Assembly: GCA_031412455.1 (NCBI GenBank)
Contig: JANOCZ010000019.1
Span: 1-52,236 of the forward strand
Direction of reading: 5' to 3'
From: Hyphomicrobium sp.
Lineage (GTDB): Bacteria > Pseudomonadota > Alphaproteobacteria > Rhizobiales > Hyphomicrobiaceae
Length of the DNA stretch: 52,236 bases
Below the pieces are notes generated by a model, which worked only from the letters and a program-made list of their open reading frames with translations, was not told the origin of the DNA and did not search any database. The position numbers and the translations under genes are program-made. Positions 16,756 through 26,960 of the stretch are shown one piece after another (the stretch's first letter is position 1; every line of letters starts with the position of its first letter).

Positions 16756-19700
16756 CGCGAGCCTGGACCTTCGCCTCGCTTATCCAGGTTAGCTTTCAAG
16801 GCCGCTAAGGCTGCGAACGGCGAATCTGGATCGGTGCCCGCCCGTTTGGGCGGCGCGGCGCTGATGACGGCTGGTTGACGGCGGAAATCGTCACGGCGGC
16901 CACGGTCACCGCCGCCGCCGCGCTCACCACCGCGTTCACCAGCGCGTTCCGGGCGCCCGCCGGAGTCGCGTGTCCGGTCACCGCGGGTCTTGTCGTTATT
17001 GCCGCCGCCTGTCGATGCATCGCCGGTTTTGCGGTCGCCGCGATGCCGGTTACGGTTTGGATCGGACTTGCCCGCGTCACGCGCATGATGTGGCGGCCGA
17101 TCGCGATCGGGTCGCCGATCGGCTGGACGGTCATTGGCCGGCGCGGTTGTCGTTTCGGTTGCAGCGGTCGATGCCGTCGCTTCGACGCCCGCGCCGACCG
17201 CTGGCTGGTCGGCTGGAACGTTTGGACGTCGGTTACGGTCGCCGCGGCGATGATGGCTTGGACGCTGGTCGGAGCGCGGCGCACCGTCTGCTTTGGTGCG
17301 ATCGCCGTCGCGGCCTGATTCACGTTCAGGGCGCTGATGGCGGCGCGGGCGCCAGATGTCTTCGTATTTCTCTTCCGGCTTGGCTTTATCTGGTGAGGCT
17401 GCGGCTGCGGGGTCGGGGCTGCTTGCCGCCGTATCCGCTTGATTTTCGCTCGGAGGCTCCACGACTTCGCTTGCCACAACCACTGTTGGTTCGCCGGTAT
17501 TTGCCGCGGCGTCGCTTGGTGTGGGGGCAGCCGTCAGCTCTGCTGCTTCTGCTGCGGGCTTTGCCGAAGCATCGAGTTTTTCCTCTGCGCCAGACTCCAG
17601 TTGTGTTTCTGCATCCGTTGTTGGGCTTGCGCCGGGCTCAATCGCCGGGGCCGGAACAACAAGGCGGCGCTCCGGACGGAAGCCCAGCGCCTTCAAGACA
17701 TTGCCAAGCTCATCGGCCGAGCAGCCCAGAATCGACATCATGTCGTCAGTGGCGCGAAAGCCGCCATCGCCGGTCGAGCCTTTGGGTGGCGGCATCACGG
17801 CATCGGGCTTGGCGCGGTAGGCGAGCAGCGGGCGGATCAAGTCTGCGAGGCGTTCGAGAATGTCGAGGCGCACCGCGCGAGGTCCACACAGATGAAAGCC
17901 ATTGGCTCGATACAGCGCTTCGGGTGTCGTGGGGTTGGCCGGTGCCGAGGTCAATCCTGGACGGGGAAGCTGGGGGAGTGTGGCGCCTTCAACCGGTGCC
18001 GGTTGCGGATGCTTCAAAAGCCAAAGTGTTGCGGCCAGATCGCTCGACGCCGGCTTCAGCATCAACGGGAAGAAGATATTAAACGCGCCAAATCTCAAGC
18101 CATACTTGCGCAAGTCGGCGCGCGCCGTTTGATCGAGTGAATTGATCTCGTCAGCAACGGTCTCGCGCTTTAGAACGCCGAAGTTTTCTTTCAAACGAAA
18201 AGCGATGCCGCGGGCCAAGCCTTGCAGATCGCTGGCCGCCGACATATCAGCCAGCGGTTTCAGCTTCTCGGCGATCGCGTCCTTGAGCCAGGTTTGCAAA
18301 CGCAGCAAAACTTTCTCGCGATCGGCGTCGCTCAAGTTTTCGTCGGCGAGCAGGGTCACCGTTGGATTCAGTGGATCATCGGCCGCTTCGAGCTTCGCGA
18401 TCTCGTCGTCGCGCCATAGAATGCCGCCGGCGCGCGTGACCTTGAAGGCATCGTTTTGAGCGGCGGCGACGCGGCGCGCGCGCATGCCCAGCTCTCGCGT
18501 CAGCACGTGCGTTGCTGCAGCTCGCGTGGCTTTGCCGTGGATGCCTTCATCGGCGTCATCATGCGTGAAGCGAAAGCCCTTGAGCCGGCCCACGAAGTGA
18601 TTTTCCACCGTGATGGCGCCATCTTCGGCGATGTCGGCGTTCAGTTCGTCTTTGTCTCTCATACCCTTCATCAGTGCGCTGGTCCGGCGATCGACGAAGC
18701 GTTGGGTCAAACGCTCATGCAATGCGTCGGAGAGACTATCTTCGATGGCGCGCGTGCGTTGCTGCCAATGGACAGGGTCTTGCAACCAATCGGGGCGATT
18801 AGCAACAAAAGTCCACGTGCGAATGTGCGCTATTCGCGTCGCCAGGGTGTCGATGTCGCCATCAGTCCGGTCAGCCTGGGCTACCTGCTTCGTAAACCAG
18901 TCCTCGGGGATGCGACCCGTTCCGCTGGCAACGTATTTGTAAAGGGTCGCGATGAGTTCGTTGTGGCTTTGGCCGGAAATTTTGCGGTAATCGGGGACTT
19001 GGCAGACATCCCAGAGCTTCGAGACAGCCGAGGAATTGGTCGCGAGGTCCATCACGTCGCGGTCGACTATCACGGCTTCCAGCGCCGCGAGGTCGTCGGC
19101 GGTGCGGGCGCGCGTGAGGCGTTTTTCTTTGGGGAACTCACGCAAACTCTCGTGAAGCCTGGTCACTGAGCCGAAATCGAGCTTGCGATTGCGCCATTGC
19201 AGCACGCGGACGCTATCGAAATTGTGGTTCTCCAGCCGCTCGACCATGTCGGAATCAAGGGGTTCGGCGCCGCCCGTGACGCCGAAGGTGCCGTCGTTCA
19301 TGTAGCGTCCGGCCCGGCCGGCGATCTGGCCGATCTCACTTGGCGTCAAAGCCCGGTGATTTTGGCCATCAAACTTGCGTGTGCTCGAGAACGCGACGTG
19401 ATCGACATCGAGGTTGAGGCCCATGCCGACCGCGTCGGTCGCGACGATGAATTCGACATCGCCCGACTGATAGAGAGCGATTTGCGCGTTGCGAGTGCGT
19501 GGCGAGAGTGCGCCAAGGACGACCGCTGTGCCACCGCGCTGGCGGCGTATCAATTCGGCGATCGCGTAAACGTCCTGCGCTGAAAAGGCGACAATCGCCG
19601 ACCGGGCGGGAAGCCGCGTAATCTTTTTCTCGCCGTTGTACGTCAATTTGGACAGACGGGGCCGAGCAATGAAGTTCGCGCCGGGGATCAGTTCGGAGAT

Positions 19701-20111
19701 TGCTTCGCGCATCGTCTGCGCGCCGAGGAGCAGAGTTTCAGATCGGCCGCGGGCATGAAGCAGACGATCAGTGAAAACGTGGCCGCGCTCGGGATCGCCG
19801 CATATTTGAATTTCGTCAATAGCGAGAAATGCGACATCGATGTCGCGCGGCATCGCCTCGACGGTCGAGACCCAGTAGCGCGCTTTCTCCGGCTTGATTT
19901 TCTCTTCGCCGGTGATCAGCGCGACATTCTCAGCGCCAACGCGGGCTTTGATCTTGTCGTAGACTTCGCGGGCGAGCAACCGCAACGGAAGTCCTATCAT
20001 CCCGCTTTCATGGCCGAGCATGCGCTCGATCGCCAGATGCGTCTTGCCGGTGTTCGTTGGCCCAAGCACCGCCGTAACATTGCGAATGCGAGCTTCGAAA
20101 TCGCTGGCCAT
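16752..20111 (-). CDS. SUV3-like superfamily 2 helicase (MgpS-type) with long disordered C-terminus
   Basis: GPTNTGKT, PLRLLARE, DEIQ, ATDAVGMGLN, QIAGRAGR; C-terminal DPDSPFAALAALK. Confidence 0.88.
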   Translation of the reverse strand: MASDFEARIRNVTAVLGPTNTGKTHLAIERMLGHESGMIGLPLRLLAREVYDKIKARVGAENVALITGEEKIKPEKARYWVSTVEAMPRDIDVAFLAIDEIQICGDPERGHVFTDRLLHARGRSETLLLGAQTMREAISELIPGANFIARPRLSKLTYNGEKKITRLPARSAIVAFSAQDVYAIAELIRRQRGGTAVVLGALSPRTRNAQIALYQSGDVEFIVATDAVGMGLNLDVDHVAFSSTRKFDGQNHRALTPSEIGQIAGRAGRYMNDGTFGVTGGAEPLDSDMVERLENHNFDSVRVLQWRNRKLDFGSVTRLHESLREFPKEKRLTRARTADDLAALEAVIVDRDVMDLATNSSAVSKLWDVCQVPDYRKISGQSHNELIATLYKYVASGTGRIPEDWFTKQVAQADRTDGDIDTLATRIAHIRTWTFVANRPDWLQDPVHWQQRTRAIEDSLSDALHERLTQRFVDRRTSALMKGMRDKDELNADIAEDGAITVENHFVGRLKGFRFTHDDADEGIHGKATRAAATHVLTRELGMRARRVAAAQNDAFKVTRAGGILWRDDEIAKLEAADDPLNPTVTLLADENLSDADREKVLLRLQTWLKDAIAEKLKPLADMSAASDLQGLARGIAFRLKENFGVLKRETVADEINSLDQTARADLRKYGLRFGAFNIFFPLMLKPASSDLAATLWLLKHPQPAPVEGATLPQLPRPGLTSAPANPTTPEALYRANGFHLCGPRAVRLDILERLADLIRPLLAYRAKPDAVMPPPKGSTGDGGFRATDDMMSILGCSADELGNVLKALGFRPERRLVVPAPAIEPGASPTTDAETQLESGAEEKLDASAKPAAEAAELTAAPTPSDAAANTGEPTVVVASEVVEPPSENQADTAASSPDPAAAASPDKAKPEEKYEDIWRPRRHQRPERESGRDGDRTKADGAPRSDQRPSHHRRGDRNRRPNVPADQPAVGAGVEATASTAATETTTAPANDRPADRRPDRDRPPHHARDAGKSDPNRNRHRGDRKTGDASTGGGNNDKTRGDRTRDSGGRPERAGERGGERGGGGDRGRRDDFRRQPAVISAAPPKRAGTDPDSPFAALAALKANLDKRGEGPGSR

Positions 20112-20224
20112 TTTATATTGCTGCCCTCTACTCCGGCTCTCTCCCTGGCATTGCAGAGCAGGCCCGCTAGATCAAGGCTTTATTGCCGGGCGGTTTGCCA
20201 CTCCGGCACGGTTTTCAGCGCCAT

Positions 20225-21088
20225 TTATTGCGTCAGCGCGATCTCGGTCTTGTTGGAAGCCGTTATCATTACGCTTTCGGCGAACATGACCGCGGAGCCC
20301 AGCGTGGTCGGGATCGTGACTTGATACGGTACGAAGGTATTGGCCGAGGGGATCGGCCGTAACGCAATTTCGATACCGGAATAGTCGACCCACGGCTTTT
20401 TAAAGTCCTCCGGTTTGTGGCCGGCCAGCGGAATATATTTGACCTTGCAGACTTTAAGCTGCGTTGGCTGGCCCGAGGCTTTGTCTTCCTTCAGTCGTTG
20501 CTCGCCCTTGTAGGTCATCACGAGATTAAACCGCACCTTGCCGTCGAAGATCGGGATCGTGCGGTTGCACGGGTTGGCGCCTGTCGCATGGGTCATCGTC
20601 AGGATGGACGACATCGGGTCGAAAACATTCTTCAGATGCTCGGGCTTGATTGGCACCGCGTCCGGGTGCGGCGGCTTGGCGGGGAGGACGGATACGGATT
20701 TCACACCCGCGCTGTCGAAGCCAAGGGCGACCGAGCCCGATTTCTTGGATTTGAAATCGAGCTTATAGTTGGCGGGATGAGGCTTGAGCGCGTCCAAGGT
20801 TCCTTTGCTCTCGATGGCGCCTTTCCATTTGAATGCCCCGAACAACGCTGAAACCTCGGCGGACGCTGTTGTCGTATAGGTTTTTCCATCGGAGGCCGAC
20901 TGGAAGCGATAGCTGCCGACATCAAAGCCGCCAAACTGCAACTTGTACTTGGCGGACACGTTCGCTGGCCAAGTTGCATCGGCGGCACGCGCGAGGCTTG
21001 GGCTTGCGAGCAGAGCCGTTGCGGCCAAAGCCCTCAGGAACACGCGGGCGGACGCGCGTTCGACGCGGTAAACTCCTTGACGGGGCAT
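20225..21088 (-). CDS. DUF3108-family exported protein
   Basis: Signal peptide (ARA-AD), beta-rich body, VFDPMS, C-x-x-x-I-P-I-F-D-G-K-x-R-F, YIPLAGH; divergent from rpmB. Confidence 0.75.
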   Translation of the reverse strand: MPRQGVYRVERASARVFLRALAATALLASPSLARAADATWPANVSAKYKLQFGGFDVGSYRFQSASDGKTYTTTASAEVSALFGAFKWKGAIESKGTLDALKPHPANYKLDFKSKKSGSVALGFDSAGVKSVSVLPAKPPHPDAVPIKPEHLKNVFDPMSSILTMTHATGANPCNRTIPIFDGKVRFNLVMTYKGEQRLKEDKASGQPTQLKVCKVKYIPLAGHKPEDFKKPWVDYSGIEIALRPIPSANTFVPYQVTIPTTLGSAVMFAESVMITASNKTEIALTQ

Positions 21089-21221
21089 ATGACCGGCGCT
21101 CCTAGGTGAATTTCAGCAAGCCCGAGCGGGTAGGCGGCTTTTGCGTCTATTGTTGGGCCTATGGGTGCCCTGGTTGAAGCCCGGAAAGACCGAGGTTTGG
21201 TCGCTCTATCACGGCTACGGC

Positions 21222-21251
21222 TTGACGGCTGTCGATAACCTCCATTATACG
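21222..21251 (+). promoter_or_regulatory. Putative sigma70 promoter of rpmB
   Basis: TTGACG-N18-TATACG upstream of rpmB. Confidence 0.4.
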
Positions 21252-21363
21252 CATGCCATGTCCCCGATGGCAGCCGCCGCCGGGGCGCAATATTTTTAGC
21301 AAAACCGTTGCTACGGTTGGCCCCTTGCGCGCTTTACGACGCGCGGCGGCGAAGGAGACAGCT

Positions 21364-21675
21364 ATGACGAGACGTTGCGAACTCATGGGAACGTTGCCGC
21401 TTTCGGGGCATCGCAAGAGCCATGCGGAAAACAAGACCAAGCGCAAATTCCGGCCCAACCTGTGCAACGTCACGCTGATGAGCGACGTGCTGGGCCGAAA
21501 GATCCGGCTCAGGGTTTCAGCCCGCGCGCTCAAAACCGTTGAGCACCGCGGCGGTCTCGATGCTTATTTGCTGAAGGCCCGGAACGAGCAACTGTCAGAT
21601 GATTGCTTGAAGATGAAGCGCGAGATCATGAAGGCGCAGGCGGCACCGAAGACCGAAGCCGCCCAGGCAGCCTAG
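21364..21675 (+). CDS. rpmB: 50S ribosomal protein L28
   Basis: MTRRCELMG...[26 protein letters not shown]; AAGGAG SD before ATG 21364. Confidence 0.95.
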   Translation: MTRRCELMGTLPLSGHRKSHAENKTKRKFRPNLCNVTLMSDVLGRKIRLRVSARALKTVEHRGGLDAYLLKARNEQLSDDCLKMKREIMKAQAAPKTEAAQAA

Positions 21676-21704
21676 AATCTGAATTCAATTCTTTGAAACT
21701 TGCG

Positions 21705-21737
21705 ACCCGGTCCAGCTTACTGCTGTGGCCGGGTTTT
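21705..21737 (+). terminator. Rho-independent terminator candidate after rpmB
   Basis: ACCCGGTC-CAGC-TTACT-GCTG-T-GGCCGGGT then TTT; overlaps the convergent gene's 3' end. Confidence 0.5.
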
Positions 21738-22805
21738 CGCTGTCTTGAGTGATGGCAGCGCAAATTGCAGGAGCAGAGTTCGCTGCAAAAAGCGATTAAA
21801 GTTGTCGTCCGAGATCAGCGTCAGGATCGTCTCGCCGGTTGGGGCGCGGCTCAAGGCCAAGCCTTCCATGTTGTCGATCTCGTACTCCATGTCGGCTTCG
21901 ATCAGAATTTCGCCGTCGATCGTTTTATCTGGCTGAAGATCAAGCGCCGCGATCCGGCGAATGCGCATTTTTACGCCTTCGAGCCAGCGAAAGCGACGCT
22001 CCAATACGAACAGGGTGCCGTCGTCGAGGCTGGCTATGTCGGTCACATCAAAATCGCCAATGTTGACGAGATGGAAGATCTTCTCGCCGGCCGGTGTCCA
22101 TATCCAGCCGGTGTGATTGCGGGCTTTGTCGTAGAGCCGTTCGGCCATCGCGACGGTTCGGCCGCTGAACGTTCCACCGCGCATCACGGTCATCGCCTCG
22201 AAGCCGCCGTTGCGGCGCATTTTAGCCGAGGCTTTGGGTTTTTGGAGCAGGCCCTTGCCCGATGACATGCCGTCTCGCATCAGGTCATATCTGACGAGGC
22301 GGCTATTTTGCTCGTAGGAGACGATGACCCGGCCGTTATCGAGAGTGCCGCTTTCCAGGGCAATCGCTTCTGCATCGCGGTCACGATTGCGGCGTAGGAT
22401 CTTGCCGTCGAGGGCCAACAGCGGGCCAAGGCGCGCGTCCGTAATGGAGGCGGGTGCGCCGTCGCGATAAGCAATATCTCCCGTTAGCCAGGCGCCGCTG
22501 TCTGACACCGCCGCGAAGGACTTGGCGTCGGAATCGACGATCAGCCCTGACCAACCGCCGAAGTATTTTTCTTCAGGCGCTGTCAGGACGAGCCCGCCGC
22601 GGAATTCCAATTTGCCAAAGCGCGTGGCAGCGCCGCCGATCCGGCTGAAGCGCGCAATGGGCTTGGCGTCGATTGCGACCGATTTCGGTTGCAGGTCGCG
22701 CGTGTCGGGTTTCTCTTCGGCGTTAACACTGGCTGCAACGGTGGCTGCGATTGCCAGCGCCAGTAGCGTCGCTGCAAGCGTGCGCGGAGTGTGTTTTGAA
22801 GACAT
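21717..22805 (-). CDS. Esterase-like activity of phytase family exported protein
   Basis: Signal peptide; LEFRGGL, FGGWSG, VSD.G, DAEAI, NGGFEA, VLERRF, DNMEGL, LISDDNF motifs; start overlaps cobT stop. Confidence 0.8.
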   Translation of the reverse strand: MSSKHTPRTLAATLLALAIAATVAASVNAEEKPDTRDLQPKSVAIDAKPIARFSRIGGAATRFGKLEFRGGLVLTAPEEKYFGGWSGLIVDSDAKSFAAVSDSGAWLTGDIAYRDGAPASITDARLGPLLALDGKILRRNRDRDAEAIALESGTLDNGRVIVSYEQNSRLVRYDLMRDGMSSGKGLLQKPKASAKMRRNGGFEAMTVMRGGTFSGRTVAMAERLYDKARNHTGWIWTPAGEKIFHLVNIGDFDVTDIASLDDGTLFVLERRFRWLEGVKMRIRRIAALDLQPDKTIDGEILIEADMEYEIDNMEGLALSRAPTGETILTLISDDNFNRFLQRTLLLQFALPSLKTAKTRPQQ

Positions 22806-24697
22806 CAATGGGTGCGCCGCCTGGAGCCCGTCGCGCGGCCGTTGAGGGGAGCGTCTTCCTCGAACAGTTCGACCAGCTTTTCGGTGATCGCGCCGGCGAG
22901 TTCGGACGCATCGGTGATCGTCACCGCACGGCGATAGTAGCGCGTCACATCGTGGCCGATGCCGATGGCAATCAGTTCGACCGGCGAGCGGGTTTCAATC
23001 TCGTGGATGACTTGGCGCAAGTGCTGCTCCAGATAGGCGCCGGAATTTACGGAAAGGGTCGAATCATCGACCGGCGCACCGTCTGAGATCATCATCAAAA
23101 TGCGGCGCTGCTCGGGCCGGTTGACGAGCCGGCTGTGCGCCCAGGCCAGCGCCTCGCCGTCGATGTTTTCCTTGAGCAAGCCTTCGCGCATCATCAGGGC
23201 TAGCGATTGCTTGGCGCGGCGCATCGGCGCATCGGCGGTTTTGTAGATGATGTGGCGCAGATCGTTCAGACGGCCGGGCGCGGACGGCTTGCCGGCTGCC
23301 AGCCATTCCTCGCGCGATTGCCCGCCCTTCCAAGCTTTGGTCGTGAAGCCTAGTATTTCCACCTTGACGCCGCAGCGCTCGAGCGTGCGCGCGAGAATAT
23401 CGGCGGCACAGGCAGCGACCATGATCGGGCGGCCGCGCATCGAGCCTGAGTTGTCGAGAAGGAGCGTGACAACGGTATCGCGGAAATCGGTTTCGCGTTC
23501 GCGCTTGAACGACAGCGCGTGCATCGGGTCGGTGATGATGCGCGTCAGGCGCGCGGCGTCGAGCACGCCCTCGTCGAGGTCGAAATCCCAACCGCGATTC
23601 TGTTGCGCGAGCAGCTTGCGTTGCAATTTATTGGCGAGGCGCGAGACGACGGCGGACAGCGCTTTTAATTCTTTGTCGAGAAAAGCGCGAAGCCGTTCGA
23701 GTTCTTCTGGCGAGGAGAGATCTTCGGCTGACGTTTCCTCGTCGTAGGCGCGCGTGAAGACTTTGTAGCCGAATGCCTCGGGGTTTTCGAGCACGTTGAC
23801 GTTGGGACGCCAAGGCGATGGCGCGTCGTCCTCGTCGACGGCATTGTCGTCCATATCCTGGTCGTCGGACTCGCCGGCGTCGGTCATCTCCTCGGTGTCA
23901 GAGAGATCGCCGTCCGACTTTTGTTCATTGTCGGGCTTGTCCTGGCCTTCTGAGGCTTCGTCCTGCGGCTGTTCGGATTCGTCTGCGCCGCCTTCGCCGA
24001 CATTGTCTTCGCTTGGATCTTCGCTGTGATCGGGGTCTTTCTGATCGGGATCGTCCATCAGGTGCAGAACCTTCAGCAGATCGCGCACCTGCCGGCCGAA
24101 CTGCTCTTGGTCTTCGGAAAGTCCCTCCAGCCGTTTCAACAGTTTGGCACCGCGACTTTCGATCAACGGGCGCCATACTTCGATCATGCCGAGTGTCGTC
24201 GCGGGCGGCGGCAGACCCGTCAAGCGTTCGCGGATCAGGAGGGCCAGCGCTTCGTCGAGCGGCGCTTGGCTGCGATCTTCCAATTTAGCAAAGCGGCCGT
24301 GGATGTAATGATTTTCGATTTTCGCTGTCAGATTTTTTGCCATTCCCGGCATCCGCGTCGCCCCCAGCGCTTCGACGCGGGCGCGTTCGCAGGCTTCAAA
24401 AACCGTGCGCGATGGGCCAGGCGGCGGCATCAGGCGGCGATGAATTTTGGCGTCATGGCAGCCGATGTTAAGCGCGATGCTGTCGGCCCAGCCGCGGACA
24501 ATGGCGATGTCGTTGGCCGTCGGTACACGCGGCAGATCGGGCAATTGAACCGATTTACCCGCCGCTTTCGGTTTGCCGGGCCCGAAGCCGACATCGATTT
24601 CCGCGTCACTGGCGATTGCGCGCATAGCCGGGCCAAGCACGCGCTTTAGCGGTTCGGACGGCGCTTCCTTGCGTTTTGTGATCGGCGGGTTGGCCAT
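22805..24697 (-). CDS. cobT: Cobaltochelatase subunit CobT (VWA domain)
   Basis: Acidic linker, [47 protein letters not shown]. Confidence 0.93.
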   Translation of the reverse strand: MANPPITKRKEAPSEPLKRVLGPAMRAIASDAEIDVGFGPGKPKAAGKSVQLPDLPRVPTANDIAIVRGWADSIALNIGCHDAKIHRRLMPPPGPSRTVFEACERARVEALGATRMPGMAKNLTAKIENHYIHGRFAKLEDRSQAPLDEALALLIRERLTGLPPPATTLGMIEVWRPLIESRGAKLLKRLEGLSEDQEQFGRQVRDLLKVLHLMDDPDQKDPDHSEDPSEDNVGEGGADESEQPQDEASEGQDKPDNEQKSDGDLSDTEEMTDAGESDDQDMDDNAVDEDDAPSPWRPNVNVLENPEAFGYKVFTRAYDEETSAEDLSSPEELERLRAFLDKELKALSAVVSRLANKLQRKLLAQQNRGWDFDLDEGVLDAARLTRIITDPMHALSFKRERETDFRDTVVTLLLDNSGSMRGRPIMVAACAADILARTLERCGVKVEILGFTTKAWKGGQSREEWLAAGKPSAPGRLNDLRHIIYKTADAPMRRAKQSLALMMREGLLKENIDGEALAWAHSRLVNRPEQRRILMMISDGAPVDDSTLSVNSGAYLEQHLRQVIHEIETRSPVELIAIGIGHDVTRYYRRAVTITDASELAGAITEKLVELFEEDAPLNGRATGSRRRTH

Positions 24698-24720
24698 TGG
24701 TTAGCGCCCCATGGCGAAGT

Positions 24721-25737
24721 TCAGCTCAAGGCCACGTTGGCGGTGCTCTCGGGAAGTTCGACGCCGAAGCAGCGTTGGTAGAATTCTGCGACAAGCGGCT
24801 TTTCGAGTTCATCGCATTTGTTCAGGAATGTGACGCGGAAGGCGAAGCCAATGTCGCCGAAGATTTCGGCATTCTCGGCCCAAGTCATCACAGTGCGCGG
24901 GCTCATCACGGTCGAGAGATCGCCGTTGATGAAGGCCGAGCGCGTCAGGTCGGCGACGCGGACCATGTGCGAGACCTGTTTGCGTTTGGCGTCGGTTTTG
25001 GCGAACGCTTTCACCTTCGAGAGCACGATTTTAGCTTCGTCATCGTGTGGCAGGTAATTGAGCGTTGCGACGATCGACCAGCGGTCCATCTGACCTTGGT
25101 TGATCTGCTGCGTGCCGTGATAGAGGCCGGACGTATCGCCAAGACCGATCGTATTGGTCGTTGCGAACAAGCGGAAAGCTGGGTGCGGGCGGATAACTTT
25201 AGACTGGTCAAGCAGGGTCAGCTTGCCCGAGACTTCAAGCACGCGTTGAATGACGAACATGACGTCTGGGCGCCCGGCGTCGTACTCGTCGAAGCAGAGC
25301 GCCGTGTTGGTTTGTAGTGCCCACGGCAAAATGCCTTCGCGGAATTCCGTGATCTGCTTGCCGTCGCGCAGCACGATGGCGTCCTTGCCGACGAGATCGA
25401 TGCGCGACACGTGGCTATCCAGGTTGACGCGAACGCACGGCCAATTCAGGCGCGCGGCCACCTGTTCGATGTGCGTCGACTTGCCGGTGCCGTGATAGCC
25501 CTGGATCATGACGCGCCGGTTGTGTTTGAAGCCAGCTAAGATCGCCAGCGTCACGTCGCGGTTAAACAGATAGTCGGGGTCGAGATCTGGAACGTGCTCT
25601 TCGGCCTTGGAGTACGCCGGCACTTCGAGATCGCTATCGATGCCGAAGACTTGGCGAACAGAAAGCTTCATATCCGGCATCGGTGCCGGTGGCGCGGCGG
25701 TGGCGGCGCTCTGGGGGTTGCGCATGTATAAATTCAT
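24721..25737 (-). CDS. cobS: Cobaltochelatase subunit CobS (MoxR-like AAA+ ATPase); start uncertain (25737 or 25725)
   Basis: [50 protein letters not shown]. Confidence 0.94.
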   Translation of the reverse strand: MNLYMRNPQSAATAAPPAPMPDMKLSVRQVFGIDSDLEVPAYSKAEEHVPDLDPDYLFNRDVTLAILAGFKHNRRVMIQGYHGTGKSTHIEQVAARLNWPCVRVNLDSHVSRIDLVGKDAIVLRDGKQITEFREGILPWALQTNTALCFDEYDAGRPDVMFVIQRVLEVSGKLTLLDQSKVIRPHPAFRLFATTNTIGLGDTSGLYHGTQQINQGQMDRWSIVATLNYLPHDDEAKIVLSKVKAFAKTDAKRKQVSHMVRVADLTRSAFINGDLSTVMSPRTVMTWAENAEIFGDIGFAFRVTFLNKCDELEKPLVAEFYQRCFGVELPESTANVALS

Positions 25738-25864
25738 TCCGGCGTTCGAGTGAGTTACGGTCAGCAATGCGGAGGCGCGCGTGCGGTTCCAGCCAGGCTC
25801 GTTACGGCGCAACCTGGTACATCAGACCAGCGGATCGTTCAGACCCCTACCAGGGTCAGGCGGC

Positions 25865-26485
25865 TTAGACCAAGCCTGCTTGCTTCAGATAATTATAGGC
25901 TGTGATGATTTCGCGCAACTTTTCCTCGGACCGGCTGTCGCCGCCGTTGGCATCGGGATGATGCAGCTTCACCAATTCCTTGAATTTGGTTTTGATATCA
26001 TTTTTGGTTGCCTCGTCGGTGAGGTTCAACGTGCGCATGGCTTTTTTCTCGAGCGGCTTCAATGCACGGCGATAATCAGGTGCCGTTGCGGCTCGCGAAC
26101 TGCGATAGACGCGAGGACCGCGTTTGGTGGCGGCAACGCGTTCGGCCGCTTCCTCGGCACGCCCGCCATCGCGAGTGCCGTGGGCCCAGGCATTGGCCCC
26201 CGACTTCCATGTTGGCCGGTGGCCGGTAATCGCGTCGCGGCGGAACTCGTCGACTTCCAGATCGCTCATGCCGTCGAAGTAGTTATAGCTGTGGTTGTAC
26301 TGGCGCACGTGGTCGATGCAAAAATTATAATATTCGTTGTCGCGGCCGCGGCCCATCGGCGCGCGGTGGGGGCCCGGCTTGTCGCAACCCTTCCACTGGC
26401 ATGGTGCCGCTGTGTCACGGCGGGGACTCGCGTCCTTGCGTCCGGCGACGCGAATGCTGTCGAATAATTTTGAGTTGAGTTTCAT
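25865..26485 (-). CDS. C-terminal J-domain protein with N-terminal Cys/His motif
   Basis: LVKLHHPDANGGD HPD motif; CQWKGC...HRAP...FCIDH N-terminus; upstream of cobS as in Rhizobiales. Confidence 0.88.
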   Translation of the reverse strand: MKLNSKLFDSIRVAGRKDASPRRDTAAPCQWKGCDKPGPHRAPMGRGRDNEYYNFCIDHVRQYNHSYNYFDGMSDLEVDEFRRDAITGHRPTWKSGANAWAHGTRDGGRAEEAAERVAATKRGPRVYRSSRAATAPDYRRALKPLEKKAMRTLNLTDEATKNDIKTKFKELVKLHHPDANGGDSRSEEKLREIITAYNYLKQAGLV

Positions 26486-26493
26486 GGGTCCAG

Positions 26494-26522
26494 ATTATGA
26501 TGTGGCAGTCGTTCCGGCACAA
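26494..26522 (-). promoter_or_regulatory. Putative promoter of the J-domain-cobS-cobT unit (near-leaderless)
   Basis: Minus strand TTGTGC-N17-CATAAT, only 8 nt before the ATG; no SD. Confidence 0.45.
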
Positions 26523-26676
26523 GGACGGTTATCGGCGACGCGGCTTCGAAGACATCATGACGCGACACGACAAGGCGCAGATTGGGCAGCAAGTCTGCCG
26601 CCGACTTCTAGTATGGGAGGCCGCCACTCGTGTTACTCAGTTCTTCGAGACAGTCGTTTAAACGCGAGGCTAAAGC

Positions 26677-26952
26677 ATGTCAGCAGAAATGCGTCTTAGA
26701 GAAAAATTGGTTGCCGCGCTGCGACCTGAGCGCCTCGATATCATCAACGAATCCGAGATGCATGCGGGCCACAGGTCGTCGCCTGGAACCGGTGAAAGCC
26801 ATTTTCGCGTGCTCGTCGTTGCAGACGCCTTCGCTGGCAAATCGCGCGTCGAGCGGCATCGCATGGTCAACGCAGCCTTGGGCGACGAGGTCGGCCAGCG
26901 CATTCACGCCCTTGCGCTCGCTACCTATGCGCCAGGAGAAAAGATTCCGTGA
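26677..26952 (+). CDS. bolA: BolA-family protein
   Basis: INESEMHAGH, GESHFRV.VV...F.GKSRVERHRMV, IHAL. Confidence 0.92.
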   Translation: MSAEMRLREKLVAALRPERLDIINESEMHAGHRSSPGTGESHFRVLVVADAFAGKSRVERHRMVNAALGDEVGQRIHALALATYAPGEKIP

Positions 26953-26960
26953 CGAGACCT

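Noticed and set aside
16970-18082. 370-aa plus-strand ORF opposite the helicase tail
   Set aside because: Low-complexity shadow ORF typical of GC-rich DNA; no motif.
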